A stretch of DNA of 63,776 nt, filler included. It is 6 parts of 6 records of this genome, joined end to end, with 100 filler letters (N's around TTAATTAATTAA, not from the genome) between each part and the next. Parts side by side here need not be neighbours in the genome. Positions count along the whole stretch, not along the records: positions 1 to 20,099 come from SRR20825010_1004; 5 more parts are not named here. One strand, given 5' to 3'. A model generated the notes under the pieces. That model had not been told where the DNA came from. It was given only the letters and a program-made list of their open reading frames with translations, and ran no database searches. Positions 1-9,387 of this stretch are shown here, piece by piece (positions within the stretch are counted from its first letter, which is position 1; each line of letters starts with the position of its first letter). Position numbers and translations under genes: made by a program.

Positions 1-30
1 CCTCAAGAGGTACTCCTACAGCGGCTTCGT
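1..30 (-). ncRNA. Possible 5' part of a TPP riboswitch aptamer, truncated by the window start
   Basis: The minus strand reads GCTGTAGGAGTACCTCTTGAGG then runs off the window. This resembles the GG(G/A)GU(G/A)CC-hairpin-GG segment preceding CUGAGA in TPP aptamers. The diagnostic CUGAGA/CUGAU motifs are not visible. Confidence 0.22.
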
Positions 31-122
31 AGTCTGGCCGTTGTCATGTGTCAGGCAACACACCTACAGATGCCCCCTGAGCTGATATGCTGGCACCATC
101 GACCGCGTTGATTTGCGAGACC

Positions 123-584
123 ATGAAAAAACTGTTGATCGTTGCCCACTCCCCGTCACCGAACACGCAAAAACTCCGTGAGGCTGCCGCGCGAGGCGCC
201 AGCCATGGGGATATCGAGAATGTTTCGGTCACCGTCAAGGCTCCGCTGGATGCCGGGCCAGAGGATGTGATGGCCTGTGATGCCATCCTGCTCGGCACCA
301 CGGAGAATCTGGGCTACATGAGCGGCGCGCTGAAAGATTTTTTTGATCGCACCTATTACGCTGTACTGGAAGAAAAGCAGGGCCTGCCCTGCGCCCTGTA
401 CATCCGTGCCGGCCATGACGGCACCGGCACCCGCCGGGCAGTGGAAACCATCGTCACCGGCCTACGCTGGAACTGGGTACAGGACCCACAGGTATTAAAA
501 GGGGAGTGGCAGGACAGCTTCGAGACCGAAGTGGAAGAACTGGGGATGTATCTGGCGGCCGGGCTGGATGCGGGTATTATTTAG
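123..584 (+). CDS. Flavodoxin-family (WrbA-like / NAD(P)H-dependent FMN-binding) protein
   Basis: LLIVAHSPSPNTQKL FMN phosphate loop; GTTENLGYMSGALKDFFD and AGHDGTG flavodoxin-fold motifs; ATG 123 preferred over 87. Confidence 0.85.
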   Translation: MKKLLIVAHSPSPNTQKLREAAARGASHGDIENVSVTVKAPLDAGPEDVMACDAILLGTTENLGYMSGALKDFFDRTYYAVLEEKQGLPCALYIRAGHDGTGTRRAVETIVTGLRWNWVQDPQVLKGEWQDSFETEVEELGMYLAAGLDAGII

Positions 585-676
585 CAGCGAGTTGCGAAAA
601 ACTAAAACCTGTTTCAGGAGCTCCTGATTGCAGCTTTTGATCTTCGCAACTCGTCACTCGAAACTCGTTACTGCTC
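583..676. repeat. Palindromic intergenic element with heptamer repeats (possible bidirectional terminator)
   Basis: CGAGTTGCGAA (588-598) / TTCGCAACTCG (643-653) inverted pair; central palindrome TCAGGAGCTCCTGA (614-627); heptamers CAACTCG-TCACTCG-AAACTCG-TTACTGC; lies between convergent genes. Confidence 0.7.
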
Positions 677-1444
677 TTAGCCCTTGCTCTTGCTCACCAT
701 GGCCGCAATCACCGCCTTGGCTTCGTCGCCCTGAAGCATCTCGCCGAACAACACCAGGTCTTCTTGCACCACCTGATGCAGCGGCTTGTTGATGGACTCA
801 CGCATCAGCCGTTTGCTCGCCTGTAAGGCGCGCGGTGGCTTTTTCGCCAGGGTCGCCGCCATGTTGCGCGCTGTCGCGTCCAGCTCATCACCCTTCACCA
901 CTTTGGCGACCAGGCCGATTTCCAGCGCTTCCGCAGCCAACATAGGCTCACCGAGCAGCAACATGCGAGCCGCACGCTGATAACCAATCCAGGCCGGCAG
1001 TAGCTTGGCGGAACCGGCTTCCGGCACCGCGCCCAAATCCACAAACGGCGTAATCAACTTGGCATCCTCGGACGCGACCACCAGGTCCATGTGCAACAGC
1101 ATGGTGGTGCCCACGCCTACCGCATTACCCTGCACGGCCGCCACTACCGCCTTGGGGAAATCGTGAATGGCCTGAATGAAATGGGCCGCCTCACCGGCTT
1201 CGCCGGGCTTGGCATTCAGGAAGTCCATCAGGTCGTTACCGGCACTGAAAGACTTTCCCTCCCCCCGGAACAGCACCACGCGCACATCATCACTCTGCTC
1301 AGCGGCAGCCAACAGCTTAACCAGATCCCGGTACATGGCGCTGGTCAGCGCATTCAACTTGTCCGGGCGGTTCAAGGTAATTTCCATCACTGATTCAGTG
1401 TTGCTCACCAGAACCAGATCACTTTCCAGTGTCGGCATCGTCAC
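677..1444 (-). CDS. Enoyl-CoA hydratase/isomerase (crotonase superfamily)
   Basis: ITLNRPDKLNAL, FSAGNDL, AAVQGNAVGVG and GAVPEAGS crotonase motifs. Start is GTG 1444 or ATG 1438. Confidence 0.9.
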   Translation of the reverse strand: MTMPTLESDLVLVSNTESVMEITLNRPDKLNALTSAMYRDLVKLLAAAEQSDDVRVVLFRGEGKSFSAGNDLMDFLNAKPGEAGEAAHFIQAIHDFPKAVVAAVQGNAVGVGTTMLLHMDLVVASEDAKLITPFVDLGAVPEAGSAKLLPAWIGYQRAARMLLLGEPMLAAEALEIGLVAKVVKGDELDATARNMAATLAKKPPRALQASKRLMRESINKPLHQVVQEDLVLFGEMLQGDEAKAVIAAMVSKSKG

Positions 1445-1583
1445 GACAGCTCTCCCAATCGTATTTATAGTCGGGCAAGGCTAGCGGGCGCACCCTCGCC
1501 TGCCAAGGGCGAATAACGACAAAGACGCTTGACCGGCCGGTCAAAGGCGATTAAAAAAGCGAACCTTGATCGGAAACCCTACC

Positions 1584-2378
1584 GTGAAACTGATTACCTT
1601 CGATCCTTTCCGCACCCTCGGCCTCCCCGGCGTGCGCTATATCAAGCCGGAACACATGCACCAACACCGCGACGAATTGACGGCTGCGGACTGGCTGCTG
1701 TTCCCTGGCTACTGGCAGATCAACAGCCTGCACTATGTGCTCAAGCGACCTATTTTCCCCAGCCTGTGTAGCTACCATCTGGGCCACGACAAGGTGGAAA
1801 TGACCCGCGCCCTGCAAACGGCCTGCCCGGACCATGTACCCGACACCCTGATCACCGCATCAGACAAATACGGCACCGCCCAGATTCTGGACCAATGGCG
1901 TTTTCCGTTTGTGGCCAAGTCGGTGCGCTCCAGTCAGGGCATGGGCGTTTACCTGATCGAAAACCGGCAACAGCTGCTGGACTATGCCGCACAGGAATCG
2001 GTGCTCTATGTGCAGAAACTGCTGCCCATCGTGCGCGATCTGCGCATCGTGGTGGTAGGCCACAACGTGGTAGCCAGTTACTGGCGGGAAGGCTCCGGCT
2101 TTCTGAACAACGTGAGCCAGGGCGGCCGGGTACGCACGGATCTGCCGGTGCCCGGCAGCGCGGTGTCACTGGTGGAAGGGCTGGCGCAGTATCTGGATAT
2201 CAATCACGCCGGGTTTGATGTGGCCATGGTGGATGGTCACCCCTACATTCTGGAATTCAATCGACTGTTCGGGAACACCGGCATTCCTGAGCTGAACCGC
2301 AATGTGCAGCGGGCCATGCACGACTATTTGCTGGGCGCGACCTTGCCCCCGTCATCGGACAGCAAAGTCTCCGCCTGA
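1584..2378 (+). CDS. RimK-like ATP-grasp domain protein
   Basis: HDKVEM, FPFVAKSVRSSQGMGV, YVQKLL, DLRIVVVG, NNVSQGG, GFDV and ILEFN ATP-grasp motifs. GTG 1584 is the probable start (ORF track 1566). Confidence 0.85.
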   Translation: MKLITFDPFRTLGLPGVRYIKPEHMHQHRDELTAADWLLFPGYWQINSLHYVLKRPIFPSLCSYHLGHDKVEMTRALQTACPDHVPDTLITASDKYGTAQILDQWRFPFVAKSVRSSQGMGVYLIENRQQLLDYAAQESVLYVQKLLPIVRDLRIVVVGHNVVASYWREGSGFLNNVSQGGRVRTDLPVPGSAVSLVEGLAQYLDINHAGFDVAMVDGHPYILEFNRLFGNTGIPELNRNVQRAMHDYLLGATLPPSSDSKVSA

Positions 2379-3517
2379 GTCCGCAGCAACGCCTGGTAGC
2401 GATGGGCCAACTGCTCCACCGGCTGCAAGCGCACCCGGTGGTCGCCAGCACAGACGACCTGCGCCTTCTCAGGCTGATAGAGCGCTTTCACATCCAGCTC
2501 AGCCAGGGTCAGCTGGGTATCCGGCACATTGAGGCGGCCCGGCACCCCGGCCACACACAGGGCCCAGGCTTCGTCCTGATCCGTGTCCGCGGTGACCAGC
2601 GCTTTGAATTCCAGCGAAACCTTGCCTGCCTGCTTGCGTTGCGGTGCCAGCAAGCGCACCACCCGCAAAAACAACAACCCGGCACACAAGGCGGAAAACG
2701 CAGCCCGTGATGCCGGCCCCTGATAAAAATACAGCCCCGCCTGCTCGCCAATCGCCGGGCCATTGTGTCCATCGTAAAGGGCCGCCACCTGATCCAGCAG
2801 CTGCTGGTATTCCGCCAGCACCTCCTGCAGGGCATCATCCGTATAGCGCTGACGGATATGGTCGAAATTAACAATACTGAGACGCAACTGAGCCTGCAGC
2901 TGCGCGCCATGCGGCACGGGTGACCGGGCGATGGGAGGAAACGGTGCGTCGTTCTGTGGTGGCACCGGCGGCGCCGCAGGTGCCGGTGTATCCAGCTCCT
3001 CCAGAGCCTGTGGCGGTTGCAGGCGCTGTTGAATCAACGCCGCTGCCACCCGCAGCAACAACAGACACAGCACCGCCAGTACAAAGCCCGCTTCGATCTG
3101 TTTGCGCGGCAATAGCGTATTGTCGCCCAGCAAGGTCAGGGTACCCGCCAATTCACCATCCGGCAGGGCCGCTGGCACGGTCACGCGCAAGGGCGATGCC
3201 TTCTCCCCTGCTGCCCCGACCTGCTCCCCGGCCGTATCGTCGAAGCGAATTCCCACCACCGGTTTGAGCTGCACGGTTTCCCGGCCAATCAGGTTTATGC
3301 TGATCGAGTCCTCACTGGCCAGCGCTTCCGCCGCACGGCGAGCCGTCTGCTGTGCCAGCGCCTGCAGTTGCACTTTGCGTTCCTGCTCCAGACCGGCAGA
3401 AAAGTGCTCAAGAAAATAAACGCCGACCACCAACATGGCCAGCAGCATGAGAATCAGCTCGCGCAGCAAGCTCCGTTGCTGCTGGATCCATGGCCGCCAT
3501 TGTTCCCACAGGGACAT
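2324..3517 (-). CDS. AhpA/YtjB-like inner-membrane protein with C-terminal degenerate nucleotide-cyclase-like domain
   Basis: Two hydrophobic helices flank a periplasmic segment, followed by a Pro-rich linker and a cytoplasmic domain LRLSIVNF...YQQLLDQVAALYDG. Divergent from serB as ytjB-type genes are. 3' end overlaps the ATP-grasp gene by 55 nt. Confidence 0.6.
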   Translation of the reverse strand: MSLWEQWRPWIQQQRSLLRELILMLLAMLVVGVYFLEHFSAGLEQERKVQLQALAQQTARRAAEALASEDSISINLIGRETVQLKPVVGIRFDDTAGEQVGAAGEKASPLRVTVPAALPDGELAGTLTLLGDNTLLPRKQIEAGFVLAVLCLLLLRVAAALIQQRLQPPQALEELDTPAPAAPPVPPQNDAPFPPIARSPVPHGAQLQAQLRLSIVNFDHIRQRYTDDALQEVLAEYQQLLDQVAALYDGHNGPAIGEQAGLYFYQGPASRAAFSALCAGLLFLRVVRLLAPQRKQAGKVSLEFKALVTADTDQDEAWALCVAGVPGRLNVPDTQLTLAELDVKALYQPEKAQVVCAGDHRVRLQPVEQLAHRYQALLRTQAETLLSDDGGKVAPSK

Positions 3518-3760
3518 AAATTTGCTTTCCGTATTCTTGACCATTGAGACTGCGGCGCAGTATACCGTGCCCGGCCGGGCAGGACTTGACCCAATTGGCG
3601 TAGTCGCCCGTCGTTGAGGAACCTCTTCAGGCACAAGAACCTGCCTCTCAAGCCGCCATTTCTGCTACTCTTACGCCGTTTCGGACCGAACATGGCGCCG
3701 ACAATCTAACGCTTTTTTACCTTCTGGCCCTTTTTATCTTCTGCAACTGGGAGCCCACGC

Positions 3761-4996
3761 GTGCGCGAGATCATTCTGATCCAGGTATCTGGTAATGACC
3801 GGCCCGGCCTGACTGCCGCCTTCACGGGGATTCTTGCCCGTTATCGGCTCAATGTCCTGGACATCGGCCAGGCCGTTATCCACGACACCCTGTCGCTGGG
3901 CATACTGGTGGAAACCCCACCGGATGCGGAATCCTCCTCGGTCCTCAAGGACCTGCTGTTCGAAGCCCACAAACTGAACATCAATGTGCGCTTCCGCCCC
4001 ATCGACGAAGACCGTTATGAGGAGTGGGTGGCCGGCCAGGGCAAGGACCGCCACATCATCACCCTGCTGGCGCGCAAGATCACCGCGGAACAATTGGCCG
4101 ATGTGACCACCACCGTGGCTAACAACGGCCTCAATATCGACAGCATCGCCCGGCTGTCCGGGCGCGTGCACCTGGAAGGGGAAGCCCTTAACCAGGATAG
4201 CCGCGCCTGCATTGAAATTTCCGTGCGCGGCGAGCCCGAAGACGGCGAGGCCATGCGTGCCGCCTTTCTGAGCATTGCCAACGAACGTAACCTGGACATT
4301 GCCTTCCAGCGCGACAGCGCCTACCGCCGCAACCGCCGCCTGGTGGTCTTCGACATGGATTCCACCCTGATCCGCTCTGAAGTCATCGACGAGCTGGCCA
4401 CGGAAGCCGGTGTCGGCGAACAGGTGGCAGACATTACCGAGCAGGCCATGCGCGGGGAGTTGGATTTCAATGAAAGCTTCCGGGCTCGTGTGGCCCTGCT
4501 GAAAGGGCTCGACGAAGGCGCCCTGGAGCGGGTGCGCGAACGTATCCAGCTCACCGAAGGCGCCGAACGGCTGGTCTCCACCCTGCGCGCCCTGGGTTAC
4601 CGCACCGCCATTCTTTCCGGTGGTTTCACCTGGTTCGGGCAATGGCTGCAACAGCTGTTGGGGATCGATTATGTCCACGCCAACGAACTGGAGATCGAGA
4701 ACGGCCAGGTCACTGGCCGGGTGGTCGGCCAGATCGTCAACGGCCAGCGCAAGGCCGACCTGCTGAAAGACATTGCCACCCAGGAAGGCATCAGCCTGGA
4801 ACAGGTGATCGCCGTGGGCGATGGCGCCAACGACCTGCCCATGCTCGGAGAAGCCGGCCTGGGCATCGCCTTCCGCGCCAAACCATTGGTCAAACAGAAC
4901 GCCGAACAGGCCATCTCCACTCTGGGACTGGACGGCATTCTTTATCTCATCGGCGTGCGGGACAAGGATCAGGCTGAGCTGCTTAAGAGTAATTAA
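3761..4996 (+). CDS. serB: Phosphoserine phosphatase with N-terminal ACT domains
   Basis: HAD motif I FDMDSTL, ILSGGF, GDGANDL; N-terminal ACT signature GNDRPGL. Confidence 0.97.
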   Translation: MREIILIQVSGNDRPGLTAAFTGILARYRLNVLDIGQAVIHDTLSLGILVETPPDAESSSVLKDLLFEAHKLNINVRFRPIDEDRYEEWVAGQGKDRHIITLLARKITAEQLADVTTTVANNGLNIDSIARLSGRVHLEGEALNQDSRACIEISVRGEPEDGEAMRAAFLSIANERNLDIAFQRDSAYRRNRRLVVFDMDSTLIRSEVIDELATEAGVGEQVADITEQAMRGELDFNESFRARVALLKGLDEGALERVRERIQLTEGAERLVSTLRALGYRTAILSGGFTWFGQWLQQLLGIDYVHANELEIENGQVTGRVVGQIVNGQRKADLLKDIATQEGISLEQVIAVGDGANDLPMLGEAGLGIAFRAKPLVKQNAEQAISTLGLDGILYLIGVRDKDQAELLKSN

Positions 4997-5139
4997 TAAC
5001 TCGCGATTTTGTTTTTTATATCCTGAAACGCAAGAGGCCGCGCCCAGGCTTTGGGCGCGGCCTCTTGCGTTTCAGGCGGCAAAGAGTTGCTTCGCGCAAC
5101 TATTAATTATTCATTATTAACTATTAATTACTCTTAAGC
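4981..5139. repeat. Nested inverted-repeat element between serB and fimX; inner hairpin probably acts as a terminator
   Basis: Perfect 25-bp stem 5022-5046 / 5052-5076 with 5-nt loop; perfect 18-bp outer inverted repeat GCTTAAGAGTAATTAATA 4981-4998 / 5122-5139; four TATT(A/C)A(T/C) heptamers 5101-5128. Confidence 0.8.
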
Positions 5140-7221
5140 TGCGTCCGGAATTTCCAGCTTGTCCATCGGCGCCTGCAGGTAGTACCCCTGCAGATAATCC
5201 ACGCCTCCCAGTGTCCATAGCGCCTGCATCTGTGCTGCAGATTCCACAAAGCCCACCACCGTTTTGCGGTTGCCTTCTTTCACCTGCTTGATAATCGACG
5301 TGAGGCGCTCACGGCCTTCCGCCTTGGACAGCTCCTGGGTAAAGGAGCCTTCGAATTTCACCATGGTGGCAGGGATATGCTGAAACAGCTTGAACGGGTC
5401 CAGTCCGCCGCCAAAGCGGCTGATGGAAATGCCGCAACCCAGCGCTTTCACCTTCTCGGCAAAAGCACCCGCCTGTTTCAGGTAGGTGGCCGCGTCGCCT
5501 TCGCTGAACTGGAAGGTAACTCGCGAGCCGTCCATCTTGGCAGCGCGCATGGCCTTGCCCAGCCAGTCGGCCAGAGTGGCATCCGCCAGGGACGCGCCAT
5601 TGAGATTCAGCACCAGGCTGACCGGCTCACTGAAAGCCGCTGCCGCGCGCATGGCATTGAGGACCACCCAGCGATCAATCTTGCCCACCAGACCCTGGTC
5701 CGCCGCCACCGGCATGAATTCTTTTGCTTCCATGGCCTCCCCTTGTTTCTGGGGCAGGTTCACGAACACTTCAAAGGCATGGTCCGCTTCGTCTTCCAGG
5801 CTCATCAACGGCTGATACCGCAAGTTGAACGCGCCCTGTTCCAACGCCTGGCGAACCTGCATGGCCACCGCTTCCGACGACCCGGCAGCCACATCATCCA
5901 TGGGATCGTGTACTTTCACCGCGTTACCCTTGCCGGCATTTTCCCGCTGGGCCTGGTTACAACATTTCAATGCGGTGGTGAGGGTTTCCTGGCTGCTACG
6001 GGCATCTTCGCGCACAAACGACACCCCGACACTGGCGGTGACATGCACGGTCTTGGCGGCCACTTCCGGCATCAGGGTTTCAATGCCGGCCCGCAGGGTT
6101 TCTGCCAGTTCCGCCGCCTCATCCATATCGGCCACCGGCTGCAGAACGGCAAAATCCTCACCATCCACCCTGGCCAGATGGGCCTCTCCCACCTCGGCAC
6201 GCAGCCATTCGGCCACGCTTTTCAGAATGTCATCCGCGCCATCAAGCCCCAGTCCGGACTGATGATGCTCAAAGTCATCCAGACGCAAGTACAGCACGGT
6301 GGACAAGCGCCCCTCATTGGCGGCCTGGGCCACACTTTCGTCCACACGATCCATAAACCAGCTGCGACTGAATAGCCCTGTCACCTGATCTTTCTGACTC
6401 ATTTCCTGAAGCCGCTCGGCCATTTCGTTTTCATCCACGCCAGCGGCGCGGATCACGATCTGGGTACAGGCTTCGCCATCGTAGGTGCTGGCCGAAAAGG
6501 TGAAGGAGGCATCGAACTCACTACCCTCAGTGTTCACGCCCTTGCATTCCAGTTCGTGGGTCTGGCTTTCATCCTGGGCACGGCTGCGCAGCAATTGCTT
6601 CAACTTGGCATGATCGGAGGCCGACACCATATCCATGATCGGCACCCCGGCCAGATCATCAGCGCTTTCGTAGCCAAACATTTCCACGTAGTTGTCATTG
6701 GCGTGGATGTGCATGCCATCCAGCACATAGGCAATCGCGTCACGGCTCTGGTCCATCAGCAGTGAGAGGCGCTTCTCTGCATCATGGCGGACGATTTCGG
6801 AGTGCTGCAGCTCCTTGCGCAAGCGCAGAAATTCGATGACCCGGTCCACCATCAGGGAGAGCAGGTCGCGGTCATCGTTAGGCACGACGCCCCGGGCGCC
6901 CAGCGACATGCCGGCCTTGATGGTATCGGGGGTGAAATTGTCTTCGAGAAGAATCACCGGGATCGCCTTACCGAGGCGATTGAGGTGCGACATGACGCTT
7001 TCAAAGCTGCTGTCGCCGAATGTCGGGCGACACAACATCAGCTCCCAGGCGCCACCTTTCAATGCCCGCACCAGATCATCCTCACCCAGCGCCAGCTGCG
7101 CACGGGTCGCACGACCGGCATTGCGCAGGGCGTTCATCAGCTGCTCGGCCTCATCCTGGGAATCATGGGCGATCAGAAGACGTAAATTATCGAGGGCGTA
7201 ACTCATGGGGCGAAGACTCAT
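5134..7221 (-). CDS. fimX: FimX-like c-di-GMP signalling protein (REC-PAS-degenerate GGDEF-degenerate EAL)
   Basis: LRLLI...SQDEAEQLMNALRNAGRATR REC-like N-terminus; SRDAIAYVLDGMHIHAN PAS; GGDEF position reads DGEDF; EAL position reads EVF with SRFG in place of DDFG; DYLQGYY. serB-fimX-fimW synteny as in pseudomonads. Confidence 0.85.
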   Translation of the reverse strand: MSLRPMSYALDNLRLLIAHDSQDEAEQLMNALRNAGRATRAQLALGEDDLVRALKGGAWELMLCRPTFGDSSFESVMSHLNRLGKAIPVILLEDNFTPDTIKAGMSLGARGVVPNDDRDLLSLMVDRVIEFLRLRKELQHSEIVRHDAEKRLSLLMDQSRDAIAYVLDGMHIHANDNYVEMFGYESADDLAGVPIMDMVSASDHAKLKQLLRSRAQDESQTHELECKGVNTEGSEFDASFTFSASTYDGEACTQIVIRAAGVDENEMAERLQEMSQKDQVTGLFSRSWFMDRVDESVAQAANEGRLSTVLYLRLDDFEHHQSGLGLDGADDILKSVAEWLRAEVGEAHLARVDGEDFAVLQPVADMDEAAELAETLRAGIETLMPEVAAKTVHVTASVGVSFVREDARSSQETLTTALKCCNQAQRENAGKGNAVKVHDPMDDVAAGSSEAVAMQVRQALEQGAFNLRYQPLMSLEDEADHAFEVFVNLPQKQGEAMEAKEFMPVAADQGLVGKIDRWVVLNAMRAAAAFSEPVSLVLNLNGASLADATLADWLGKAMRAAKMDGSRVTFQFSEGDAATYLKQAGAFAEKVKALGCGISISRFGGGLDPFKLFQHIPATMVKFEGSFTQELSKAEGRERLTSIIKQVKEGNRKTVVGFVESAAQMQALWTLGGVDYLQGYYLQAPMDKLEIPDAA

Positions 7222-7471
7222 GCACTTTTCTTACGGCCCACCATTGTGCCTGACTACCCTGTCTTGGCAACCATCAAAGGCAATGCGGCGAAAACACCGG
7301 CCTGCAGCTAACACACGGCTGGCAGACGCCTAATGAAAAGTTACGGCAAAATGGAGACACATATGTTTTGCGGCATCCTCGCCGCGACTTATTGTTATTT
7401 TAACAGGCCACCCAGCAACAGCCTGTGAACGACGAATCGCAAATGACATTTTTCCGGCGCGTCATCAACCG

Positions 7472-9232
7472 TTACAGGCTGGACCAGATCGAATCCAGCG
7501 CATCATCGTCCCCGTCTTCCGGGGGTTTAGTCGGGGCCGGTGTGGCCATGTCCCGAAACGGATACTGGCTGAACCCGGACGCTCCCTGGGTGCGGCGCAA
7601 CAACTGTACCCGGCGCGGCTCGCCGGCCTCCACCAGCTCCACCTTCACCCCTTCATTGAAACCCACTGTGGGCAACAACAGGGTGGCCGGCTGCCCCACC
7701 GCGGCCAACTCGGGCAACACCACGCCACGCATGAAATCACTGTCCACCCCTTGCTTGCGCAGGGCCCGTGCTGCCACCGGGCGCCCACCCGGTGCCAGCA
7801 ACTCCACACCGAAGCGGGCACCGTGATTGGGTAATTGCGTCACCCAGCGCACCACCGCCAGGGACCACTGGCTATCGGGGTGATCACGCAGAGCCAGCAA
7901 TTCCCCCGTGCGCATCAGGCTGGGCGTATTGCCCTGCCACGACAGGCAATACCCACCCGGACTCGCGTTGACTTTCTGACAGTGATAGCTCACCGGCAGA
8001 GTGGCTTCCGAGCGTTGGCTGCCCGGCGCGCCCATTTCGATGGTCTCGCCGGCATAATCAGATTGATAGGCCGTCGCCCAGGGATCAGCGTTACGCTGCT
8101 TCTGCTGGTTGCTCTTATTGATGTTCACCAGGAACGGATTGTGCTCGTCTTCAGCGCCCAGCACGGACAGACTGCCCCGCGCCACCATGGTCTCGAACGC
8201 CACTTTGCCGGACAGGAAGTAATGCACCCCCACCAGACCAAAACACAATTCGATCTCGCCACTTTCCGGCATGCGCTTGAACGCCCGCTCGGTCAACGCG
8301 CCCCATACCTGCTGCAGGTGTGACAACAGGCTTCCCTCCAGATTTTTCGGCACGTCCAGGGCGCTTTCGGCAGGGGCTTTCTGCCAGATGGTAATAGCCT
8401 CAACCAGGCGAGAAGAATCAATATAGCGCCAGCTTTCCGATGCCTGGGAAGCGTGGGTTCGGTAAATCGGTGGCCGGTCTGCCTGCAAGTCGAAGACAAA
8501 CAGATCATCCTCATCACTGGCCGTGCTGATTTCAATCAAGGGAGCCCAAGCAAACGCCGCCTTGTAGATTCCAGCCAACTCCTGCTGACGGAGCTGATTG
8601 GGTTTCGCCGTGGCCAGCAACAGGCAGCGAGCATAGGCGGACTGGATACTGCTTTCGGTATCGCCATCGGCCACCGCTGCCTCGCTAATACCGTGCAACT
8701 CAGCCAATAAAAACAGCTGATGCAGCTCCAGCCATAAATGGCGAGGGCTGGGAAAATAGAGTTGATAGCAGCGCAGCAGGGTATCGCCCAATGCCGTCAC
8801 CGCCCGGTGGATTGCCGTTGTCACCGCCCGGCGAACAGCCTTGTCCTTAACTTTGCGGATACCGCGCACCGCCACCAGCTTGTAGCCATTGGCCAGATGC
8901 CCCTGCAGCGCCTGGGCGAGACTGGCCACCCGGCGCGCCTTTTCCGGCAGCACCAGTGACTGATTCAGATAGTGTTTCTGCAGGGATTCACTGACATGAA
9001 GAATAGACGGACGCACGACTTCCAGTAACTGAAAGCGGAGTTTGGAATCAATCTGCAACCGGTTCAGTTCCTGAATGAACTGATACAACTGGCGGGCCGT
9101 TTCTCCCATATTCATGATCGGGAGTGACTCCACCCACTGTTGCAGCTTCTTCGGCTGATCAGCGCCAAGTGTCAGGTGCGGCAGATCCTGCTCGGGCAGT
9201 TTCAATCGCACCGTCTGGGCTGGTTGCTCCAT
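7472..9232 (-). CDS. fimW: FimW-like PilZ-type c-di-GMP receptor
   Basis: WVESLPIMNMGETARQLY N-terminus, AKPNQLRQQE, PilZ motifs RAFKR and NASPGG, C-terminal DSIWSSL; adjacent to fimX. Confidence 0.78.
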   Translation of the reverse strand: MEQPAQTVRLKLPEQDLPHLTLGADQPKKLQQWVESLPIMNMGETARQLYQFIQELNRLQIDSKLRFQLLEVVRPSILHVSESLQKHYLNQSLVLPEKARRVASLAQALQGHLANGYKLVAVRGIRKVKDKAVRRAVTTAIHRAVTALGDTLLRCYQLYFPSPRHLWLELHQLFLLAELHGISEAAVADGDTESSIQSAYARCLLLATAKPNQLRQQELAGIYKAAFAWAPLIEISTASDEDDLFVFDLQADRPPIYRTHASQASESWRYIDSSRLVEAITIWQKAPAESALDVPKNLEGSLLSHLQQVWGALTERAFKRMPESGEIELCFGLVGVHYFLSGKVAFETMVARGSLSVLGAEDEHNPFLVNINKSNQQKQRNADPWATAYQSDYAGETIEMGAPGSQRSEATLPVSYHCQKVNASPGGYCLSWQGNTPSLMRTGELLALRDHPDSQWSLAVVRWVTQLPNHGARFGVELLAPGGRPVAARALRKQGVDSDFMRGVVLPELAAVGQPATLLLPTVGFNEGVKVELVEAGEPRRVQLLRRTQGASGFSQYPFRDMATPAPTKPPEDGDDDALDSIWSSL

Positions 9233-9387
9233 GAAGATAATCCTTATCTTGGCGGCATCCAGGCTACCTAGTTATTTTGTATTAGTTCTTGTTTTTTATG
9301 CGTCCTGTGTCACACGACTTTACGATACCGCTACAATTCTGTAAACGCTGTGCCACATTCCCCAGAAAAGGCTTGCGGCCCGCGCCG

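Noticed and set aside
3734..4678. 314-aa minus-strand ORF
   Set aside because: Antisense shadow of serB.
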